NCBI GenBank assembly: GCA_951406725.2
Contig: OX597822.1
Location: forward strand, 80,352,001 to 80,416,000
Source of the DNA: Octopus vulgaris
Taxonomy: Eukaryota
DNA: 64,000 bases
Direction: 5' to 3'
A program made the position numbers and the translations under genes. The notes under the pieces were generated by a model. That model was not told the origin of the DNA. It worked only from the letters and a program-made list of their open reading frames with translations, and did not search any database. Positions 53,230 to 64,000 of the stretch are shown here, one piece after another. Positions within the stretch are counted from its first letter, which is position 1; each line of letters starts with the position of its first letter.

Positions 53230-53669
53230 GAATGTTTATATGTATGTATATGTAAACATAGACACCAATTGAGGATTCATGGCTTTGGCAAGCTATTAGT
53301 GACCTGTTTAACCTACACAAGGCACAGTTGATTCCTCTGAGAATCTATCTAAACCAAAGAACATATCTTGTTGTATTTTTTGTTTTCTTTGCCGCTATAT
53401 TTGCCTACGGCATTATCTTTCTTTTTCTTTTTTATTGTAGATATAATTACTGCTGCTGTTGTTGCTGTTGCTGCTAGTGTTCCTGTTGTTATTGTTGCTT
53501 TAGTTTCTGCTGTAGTTATTTTAGTCCAGCACCGATATACGTACATAAATTTACATTGATTGCTGTTGTTTGATTTTGTTGTTGTTGTTGGCGGTGAAGG
53601 TTGTAGTAGTAGTTTTGCTGTTAATTTTTACTTTAATTTCTGCTGACGTTGTTGCTGCTGATTATATTT

Positions 53670-53708
<39 letters not shown>

Positions 53709-54004
53709 CATTGTAGAAATTATTGTTGCAGATGACGTTCCTCTTTTTGTTGCGAACATCACTTCCGATGCAGCATTTTCTAAGGTCGAAAATTTTAGAT
53801 CAGAAAAGCAGAACCCCTCTCAAACGTATCGGTAGCGTAGATGGAACTCGTAGCGGCTGATGTAGTTCTATTGAGGACAATCCAAGGATGACAGAACTTG
53901 CCTTACCTCCACTTAATCTATCATGCATTATCCTATGTCACACAACCTTACTCGACCTTATTCATTTCAATTTCCGCACAAGGACCCTAAACAAGGACCC
54001 TAAA

Positions 54005-54236
54005 CAAGCGGTTCCCGGGCCACATTCCTAGCACGCCACCCCCAACTAACCATTACAAACATAAACCTTTTTTCTGAACTAAATTCAAAGCAACTGTATT
54101 TCACAAATAAAACTTAACCTAATAAACCCATTATTTTGTCGTTTTTATATAAATCACTTCTCCATTATCACTCCACTTTGCTTCAACTTTCGCCTGCCCT
54201 CAGAGGGGGCAATACCGCCCACTTCGGGAACCACTG
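54005..54236. mobile_element. possible hAT-like MITE
   Basis: caagcggttccc ... gggaaccactg termini; flanks ccctaaa and tactagtc. Confidence 0.45.
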
Positions 54237-54344
54237 TACTAGTCAAGAACTCGGTCCATTGCGGCGACTAATCTTCTCCACTTAATTGTACCGGTCTTGT
54301 ACCTAAATTTTAAAATATCGTCTCATTATTTTCATTAGGAACCA

Positions 54345-54890
54345 GTGCCCTAAACCATAAATTACCCTACCTCCCTCCATTAATTTACCTCATCTTACCA
54401 TATCTACCCAATTTTACTACCCATCAATAACGTTTAATCTACCTTACTAAATATTACTGTTCCTACTCAACATTACTTTACCTTATCCTGTTTTAAATTA
54501 CGCCTCTTTACTCGAGATTTCTCCACCTCAATTTACCTTGCCCTACGTTACGTTATTTACTCTAAAATAACCTAACTTACCCATCAATTTCACACCTTAA
54601 TTACCCACGCCATATATGATTTCCTGCATCTTACTTTAGACTTACCTGACGTAATTTCCCTCCCCGCTACGTTACACTATGTTACCCTACATATCAAGCA
54701 TGATTTACCTTACCCCACCTTTACCCAACTTAATTTTCCCTGCCTTTAACATACGTTGCCCCACGTTAACCCAGATACCCCTTAACACAATTTAGCTCAC
54801 CATACCCTTGACCTACCTTTCGTATTTTTCCATGCCATAACCCACGTTACCCGATATTAGCCCAGGTACATACCTTACTCTAGACGTGCC
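54345..54890 (+). repeat. degenerate (TTACC)n-like pentamer low-complexity tract
   Basis: Recurrent ttacc/ttacct/ttaccc with strong G depletion on the + strand. Confidence 0.75.
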
Positions 54891-54904
54891 AACCTCAATA
54901 ATAT

Positions 54905-54922
54905 TGAAGATGATGATAATAG

Positions 54923-54963
<41 letters not shown>

Positions 54964-54968
54964 CTAGG

Positions 54969-55021
<53 letters not shown>

Positions 55022-55458
55022 CATCATCATCATCATCATCATCATCATTATGCTAATGGTGATGATGGGTTATAGTGGTGGTGATGTTTTTGATGATGAT
55101 GATGATGATGCTAATCATTGTGCTTGTGCTACAACTACTACCACACATTTGCCGTTTAGAAATGTGGAGTTGTCCTTGGAGATGTCGCTGTAGCTGCTGC
55201 TGCTGAAGATATTGTGTCTGCTGCAGATGACGTCGTTGCTGCTGCTGCTTCTGTTACCGGTGTACTTCTAGTAGAGGTTTCTCTTAGGTTGCATCTCATG
55301 TTGTAGATGCTGTCGTCGTGGCTGCTGTTATAGTTGCTGCTGTTGATGATGATGATGATAATAATGATGATGATGATGATGATGATGCTGATGATGATGA
55401 TGATGACGATGATGACGACGACGACGACGACAACTGCTGTTATAGTTGCTGCTGCTGT

Positions 55459-55517
<59 letters not shown>

Positions 55518-55766
55518 GTGATGACAATACAGCTAAAGCGGTTAGTTGCTACTGCTGCTGCCGTTGTTGATGAGGATTTCGCTGTAGATGTCCATGCTGA
55601 AGCTGCTGTTACCTTTGTGTCAGCTATTGCTGTTAGTGATGATGCAGCTTCATCATCCTCGTCATCATGATGACGGTGTTGTTGTTATTGTTGTTGTTGT
55701 TGGTGGTGGTGGTGCAGATCTGGTTTGCAACTCTTGACTTCCTGCAGGTTATTGCCCTTTTCCGTA

Positions 55767-55858
<92 letters not shown>

Positions 55859-55865
55859 TTGCTGC
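54905..55865. repeat. compound trinucleotide block (GAT, TAT, GTT, CTA, CTG)
   Basis: Direct inspection. Confidence 0.9.
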
Positions 55866-56413
55866 CACTTGCTCCTGCTGCCGCTACTACTTACTTTCAA
55901 GTCCCTGACACGACGAATATACTCAGAAACGCCGCTTGATGCAACAAACCCGCCCACTATCACTTATATCACAGCCATAATACTATATCTGTCAATACGG
56001 CAAACACAACATTTGACCGCCAACTGTCACCGTTACCACGCCGTGCTAGAAACAGCAGCAGCTAAATCTCTCTAAAATCATACCTTTCTGTGTCATTACA
56101 CAATACTGGCCAAAGTATCCCTCGGGAGAACGGGTTGTCGCGATGGGTTACCGACGACTAAACAATAGCAGCAAAAATATCCATTATCACAAACACCTTT
56201 CACAGCACTATTATCTTCCTATAACGTCTCTGGAAAAATTGCCATACCTACCTACCTACCTACCTACCTACCTACCTACCTACCTACCTACCTACATACA
56301 TACATACATACATACATACATACACACATACATACATACATACATACATACCTACCTACCTACCCACTTATCTACATATCACTCTACCAACCTACCTACA
56401 TACCACCCGACCC

Positions 56414-56486
<73 letters not shown>

Positions 56487-56586
56487 CCTATATATATATA
56501 TATATATATCTATATATCTATCTATCTATCTATCTATCTACCTATGGATCGATCCATCTATATACACTCACACAAGGTTGTATATA

Positions 56587-56647
<61 letters not shown>

Positions 56648-56703
56648 TCATGTGTATGTATACATGTATCAACGTGCATATCTAACAATCTACCTACTTA
56701 ACG

Positions 56704-56742
<39 letters not shown>

Positions 56743-58214
56743 CATCCATCCATCCATATATCTATCTATCTATCTTTCTATTTATCTATTTATCTGTCTG
56801 TCTGTCTCTCTGTCTAATATATTTTTCATATAGAGATGGTCCCATCCGGAGCGCCTCTGATCATATATCTACCGATTTCTAAATGACTGTGGCTAAAGAA
56901 CAAAAACACCAACAACACAGAAAACTACCACCACAGACCTCTGGCTACTGCTACATCACTAAGTCACCAATGTGGCCATCGTCACTTCTACATCCTCACC
57001 AAAATTATGATAACAAGGACATGAAATAGTAATTTCATTTGTAGCTAACACTAGTATTGATTTTCATTCACTCTGCGCATTACCAATTTCACAATTTTCT
57101 ATCGCAGATGTGATGCACTTGACCATGCTGAAGCCACGTGTATTACTGGTAGAGATACAACGTCCATTTTTCAGAACCTTTAATCCCAACGCCTTTCAGA
57201 TTTACTGATTTTTTTGAAGCTGGGGTGGTCATCTTGGCAATGACATTCTAAAGTAAACAAATCTTAAATTTACTTCAATAAGTATATAGGTGAAGGCGTG
57301 GCTGCACCTATATAATTACGTGGTTCCGGGTTCAGTCCTACTGCATGGAACGTTGAGCACGTTCTATACATCAGAATAAAATAGTGAGGATTATAAGAGG
57401 TTCCGAAACGTAAGTGTCCGGAAAATTGGTCATGTAACATGTAATACGTATAACAGTTATAAAAAGAGAACAAGAAGCAAATTCTCTCATGCCATTTTAC
57501 AATGATTCTACATGGTAAATCATAGAAGTATGTGAAACCTCCATTGAATCTCATTGGAATTTCCAGTCAGCAAACAGGTGGAACTTTTGCAGCCGGATGC
57601 CCTGCATTTCGGTGGTCACACCATGTTTGCGCGTACGATAAAATTTCGCCATGACCATACATGTTTCCAAGGAAGATTGTAAAGGAGCGATACCGCTCGC
57701 GAGGCGGTGTCACTCATTTGCAAATACCAAGCGATATCAAGAGAAGACATTAAAGCACACACACACAAACACACATACATATGCTTTGGTTGGTCCATTA
57801 CCGCCGAATGTGTCTGTGGTGAAAATATTTCAAAATATTGAATTCAACCAATTTCCAAACTAGGAACGACAGGATGGTACTGGATTAGCGTTAAAAGCAT
57901 TTTTTTATCATTATTAATTTGAATAATTCTCTTGACACAGTAGACACCAGCAAACGAGGTGCAGTAGTTCATGCAGTCCATCGATCTTTTGGAAATAGCC
58001 AAATCTGTCTGAAATTTCACTAAATTGTAATATCATTATATACATACACTCACACGCACGCAAACAGCAAACACATACATACGCATACATGCATAAAATA
58101 ACACACGCGCGCGCACACACACACATACACACGTTCACATACAGAAGTCTGATAAGTGCCAAGTATGAAACGCTAGACACTTGCGTCATTTTTTTAAAGA
58201 TGTGCTGAAGGAAA

Positions 58215-58790
<576 letters not shown>

Positions 58791-59299
58791 TAATAGATAA
58801 AAGATACACAAACACACATGCACACACAAACATATGCACACATACTGAAGTGCATGCAAACTTTTGTAAATGCATATGCGTAGACTTCTATGTGATATGT
58901 ATGTGTGTGTATTTGTGTTTGTGCATTATTACATACATAGACAGGTGTAAGTACATTTATACATATGCATATATGCACTGGCGCCAGCAAAATTGAGCAG
59001 TACCAATGGCAATTGGCGCGAAACTGCTATGACATTTTGCATCATTGACCAACGAGAAAAAACTCAGCAGCGAATATTCCATGTATCGTGTCCTTTTCTA
59101 ATATTCTCTGTGTTAAGTCTTCGTCTAGTTTCCCGTTTGCTCTGCTTTCGTCTAACTTCTCGTTGTTGTATTCTTTCTGTTCTACGATGATGATGAATAC
59201 TCGTTGGTCAGCTTTAGCCGAACCTGCTAAATGACTTGTATATAGTGATCAGATGTATGTACCATACATTAGCTTACTCCCTCTATCAAATCAACGAGC

Positions 59300-59450
59300 A
59301 GGTGCACGTGCACTACGCAACCAGACGTCGAAGTGCTGGGTGGCAGAGTAGCCTGAAATGAAATGTTTTATTCAAGAATAAAACGCACCCTCGCGTCTAT
59401 GAATCGAAACCACGATCTCGCATCGGGAGTGCAACACCACTAGGCCATAG
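59300..59450 (-). mobile_element. tRNA/CORE-type SINE fragment
   Basis: Reverse complement atggcctagtggtgttgcactcccgatgcgagatcgtggtttcgattc...ttcttgaataaaacatttc. Confidence 0.65.
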
Positions 59451-59519
59451 GTCATACATATATGTGTATGTGTGTATATATATTTATGTGTGTGTATGTA
59501 TATATATAGACGTGTGTGC

Positions 59520-59601
<82 letters not shown>

Positions 59602-60358
59602 ATTTGTGAAACGTGTTTACTTTCGGTTTGAACATATTAAACCTAGCCAATACATAGGCATTTCAAACACTCTATTAGCAATAGCAATATAAACAACAAT
59701 ATCATCCAATATATTTCTCCTTTTGCAAAGCAGTTGGTTAATATTGAAGGCAGCTGTCATTTCTGTTAGGAAGATGTTGTGGGAACGCTTCAATGTTCTA
59801 TGATTGTTTCAAGATCAGAATCAGTAGAGCATCCTACTTTTCCATGTGCTCGTCTGTTGTTTATTCATATCGACTGTCTTGCGAGAGTTAAGTATCCATT
59901 TATTTGCTCTGCAGTCGAGGTACATCATTGCCAGAGGCGCTAATTGAATTGACATTAACCGAGCATTCACTCCTTTCGCCACAGCTGTGGCTATAAGCAT
60001 ATATGTATATTTGTGCATATGCGTACACACACACACACACAGACACACACATATATCTATATATATATAACCGAGTGTGTGTGTGTTTGAGAGAGAGAGG
60101 AGAGGTATTATATCTAGATTTATCTACATGTTATGCGCGAGAATGTGAGTATATTAAGAGACAGAGAGAGAAATACAGAGAGAGAGAGAGAGAAAGTAAG
60201 CGAGATAGAGCAGATGAGTGAACGGGTTAAAGAAAACTATATTGTTAATATGAACGCACGCAAACACACAAATATATATATACACGTAAAAACGCAAAAT
60301 GAGATACGCATATGCATGCATATACACAACATGGTATATGTATACATACAAGCATCTA

Positions 60359-60449
<91 letters not shown>

Positions 60450-61289
60450 ATATATATATATATATGTATATACAAGTATATATATATATATATACACAAA
60501 AAATATATGTATACATATATATATGTATACGCACACACACACACACGTACATATATGCATACATTCATATTTACTCAACACATAGTTACCCATCCATATG
60601 TATGTGTATGTATGTATGTATGTATGCATGTATGTATGTATGTATGTATGTATATATGTATGTATGTATGTTTGTATGTATGTATGTATGTATGTATGTA
60701 TGTATGTATGTATTTATGTATGTATGTATGTATGTATGTATGTATGTATGTATGTATGTATGTATGTATGTGTATCTCCAGACAGAATTGATTTGGTTCG
60801 AATGCGTTTATCTAATTCATCATGGCTCTTCTGAAGTAGAAACCGACTTCAGGCTAAACATATATTATAATATTAACTACATTATAATTTCTCAAAGAAC
60901 GAGAAATGTAGTCGAACAGATCGATATTTTCCTTTGACCTTACTCTATCCAAATCCTTAGGGACGGTTGGAAGAAATCGACCGCTGCAGAATTTGATCTG
61001 TGATTGAGTCAAACGAGGGGTGCTGAAGAGTTCTTAGCGTTGGGTAAATGAAAATACAGGGAGAAGGGGTAAATGGAAATACATATTCCCCTCTCGTATT
61101 GCCACACTTATTCCACCTTTCCTTCCGTTTTTCTAAGTACTGTTAAAGAACTCGTAAAGTTTGGCCTCTAGCCAGGCTTTTCGTCAAATCCTTAGAGACA
61201 CAAACTTTTCAGCACCCACTCCCATTATAAAAGCAGTCGTCTACTGCTCTTCCAATTACGCCAGTCTGTCTGTTTTGTCTAAATTTTTA

Positions 61290-61745
61290 CCGTTTATGTT
61301 TTACTTGTTTCATTCATTGGACTGCAGCCATACGGGGGCACAAACGTGAAGGGGTTTTAGACGAATAAATCGAGCCTGGTACTAGTTTATTTAAGTCTTC
61401 TACTTATTCTATTAGCATCTTTTCTCGAACCGCTGAGTGGGGGAGTCTTAAGGAAACCTAAACTGGTTGCTGAGGGAAGGTGTTACATACGTACAATACA
61501 CATACACACACACGCACGCAAATACACACACACACGCTCACGTATATGTATAGAACGGGCTTCCACGCAGTTTCCGTCTACCAAATTCACTCACAAATCA
61601 TAATAGAAGAGACTTGCCCATGTTGCCGCGTAACTCGAAACCAATGTGATTGCCCATGTTGCCGCGTTACTCGAAACCAATGTGATTGCCCATGTTGCGC
61701 GTAACCCGAAACCAATGTGATTGCAAAGCAGCCCCCTAAACCCAC
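61290..61745 (-). mobile_element. SINE family A with an internal 36-bp triplication
   Basis: cttgtttcattcattggactgcagcc...gtttccgtctaccaaattcactcaca...; unit ttgcccatgttgccgcgtaactcgaaaccaatgtga x3 at about 61614-61722. Confidence 0.8.
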
Positions 61746-62872
61746 AGCCATTCCTGTCGGGGGTGGGGGGGGGGAAGAAACAGAACACAGACTAACAAAC
61801 GAGCTAAGATACAAAACAGAATATCTAAATTTAGATTGATCTATAAAAAGTGACAATAATTCACTGCGAAACCCTCACGAAAATCTCGGTCTACTTCATT
61901 GCACCACGTCTGGTTTTGGTTTTTGTCTTCTGATTGATTGCCACAGTAAGACAAGTCGATTTTCCCCCATCTGATGCTGACTCTTTTCCGTTTTATTCTT
62001 AATTTATGGATTTAAAGATTTCTCTGTTTGGACATATTCCAGGTTTTTGGATTTATAATTTCACTATTTTGGATACAATCCCATTAATATTATCATTTTT
62101 TTTTCCTTTTCTCTTTTGATCGATTGTTTATTTTCTCTCTTTTCAGCTCAAAAGCCCAAAAAAAAAAATGAAAGACATCAAAAAACATAAACGGAAGACA
62201 AACCAGATTTGCGTATTGCGATTTTATGAATTTGCGTATTGCAAATATATTTACTGGTATATATAAGCGATTGGTTGGTTCATCATAAGATGCTTTTAAT
62301 GCATGCTAAATACAAAATAAACCTCTCACATTTTATATACACAACAGGTGTTGAAGTTATCCCCATAAATAACCGAAATTATTTGTAATTAATAGAAAAG
62401 TCATTAAGGTGAAAATTGGCAGGTTAATTGCTGATGTGGAAATTTAACCTTCAGTGAGAGAGCGTTGCTCTCCAGGAATTTCAAAAGAACATATTTGAAA
62501 ATTGCTTGAAAGAGAACGAAGGATTAGTTAATCTGAAAATTTAATTATGTGTAAACTTTATGGTCGGCCACAAAGGCATCTTTTTTTTTTTTATCTATAA
62601 AACGCAAACGTTAAATCATTATTATGATTAAGGAACCATTTCAGCGGAAAGTTTGCACTTTCTCCGGAAGTGAAATGCACAAACGCCTGATCAATTTCAT
62701 TATCAAGGTGGTGGTGGTGGTGGTGGTGAGTTTTGCAGTCATTGCTGTTTCACATGTTAAATACTTGCCTGATTTTAAGTATCCAAAGGAGATTTAGTGC
62801 TCACCAATCACGATATACATGTGTGTGCACGCGCGTGTGTGTACGTACATACATACATATATATATACATAC

Positions 62873-62945
<73 letters not shown>

Positions 62946-63003
62946 GATAGATATATACATACATATATGCATACATACATACATACATACATACATACAT
63001 ACA

Positions 63004-63039
<36 letters not shown>

Positions 63040-63860
63040 TGTATATATATATTTATGTATACGCATGCTTGCAGACACGCACGCACGCACACTAAACATA
63101 GAGGAGTCGCAGAGAACCTGACTAGTTTGGGGTAAAAAATATATAAATGATTGGTAGACAATTACGATACCAAAATGACTCAGATGCCATTAATTTGAAG
63201 TATAATCAGGCAAAGTTAAAACGATTAATGACTTAAAACGGATCGTTTAATAATTATTTGTAGAGATATTCCTGGAAAGTGCATAAATTTTGCGAGTTCA
63301 CTACGCTTTCCCCTCTGCATTGCAATGTATACGTTGGCAAACCCATGTTTATCGGTCAATCTTAGTTCACCCATCAAATAGAAGGAAATAACATCTAATT
63401 CTAGTTATGTATTTTACTCTATTTTAAGCAATGCTTCAGATGTAATCTATTTTAATCTCTTGTGAGAGATTGGGAATTAATCTCAACGTTTTGGGACGCC
63501 TATCTATTTATCAATAATTTGTTAATGGTTTAATAATCCTCAATTCGTTTCTCAATGTTTTCTGAAACATATTGAGGCTTTTGTCGATCGAGTGTGTCGC
63601 AACATTTGTCTTTCATCACCGATATATTGAAATCTAACATAAAATAAAACTAAACAATTTCTATCAGAATTTCTGTCTGTTTCTTACTGTCTTCTCTCGG
63701 ATATGACTACTTTTCTCTCTTGAAATGCTTTTACATGTCTCAGTTTAAGGATGGAAGAGGCTACTAAAACATTGTCGTCGAGGAAAACAAATTTCGCATC
63801 AGTATTTCTTAAAAGACAAAACAAAACAGGATATCATGATAGAAAAATATAAAGAGAAAA

Positions 63861-63898
63861 ACGTCTGTCTTGAAAACAGACGTTTTCAAGACAGACGT
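63861..63898. other. perfect 17-bp-arm hairpin
   Basis: acgtctgtcttgaaaac-agac-gttttcaagacagacgt. Confidence 0.9.
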
Positions 63899-64000
63899 AT
63901 GAGAGAATGGTAATACAGCTATATGCAATATTTTAGCAATTATTGAACATCTGAGAAATGTTGCATTAGTTGAGATTGAGAATAATGTTCACTAGCGTGG

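Noticed and set aside
61614-61722. 36-bp repeat x3, CRISPR-repeat length
   Set aside because: The units are contiguous with no spacers, lie inside a SINE, and there are no cas genes in this eukaryotic context

Overview
This is AT-rich, repeat-saturated eukaryotic DNA with no recognisable intact protein-coding gene. Almost all supplied ORFs are translations of microsatellites ((TA)n, (CA)n, (TACA)n, (TATC)n, (TAA)n, (TGA)n). The SINE families and repeat landscape resemble an Octopus/cephalopod intron or gene desert; this is inference, not a database result. The window holds many tRNA-headed SINEs (a CORE-type family with an internal microsatellite and a Meta-domain-type family), decayed LINE 3' ends (CR1-like, RTE, L1/Tx1-like, R4/Dong-like), an internally deleted mariner, Tigger- and hAT-like MITEs, and non-autonomous Helitrons. 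The most coherent system is built around Penelope-like elements (PLEs) and hammerhead ribozymes (HHRs). It includes a 5'-truncated RT/GIY-YIG PLE bracketed by inverted pseudo-LTRs that each carry a minimal type-I hammerhead (25482-27499), and a tRNA-headed, microsatellite-spaced, HHR-tailed non-autonomous element with an inverted tail (48598-49054). It also includes several further HHR-like cores and two long near-perfect palindromes whose inversion points fall inside HHR-like cores. Two long gapless imperfect hairpins and a dense TAATCC (K50 homeodomain) site cluster are also notable. All alignments and translations were done by eye, and repeat boundaries are approximate unless TIRs or termini are quoted.
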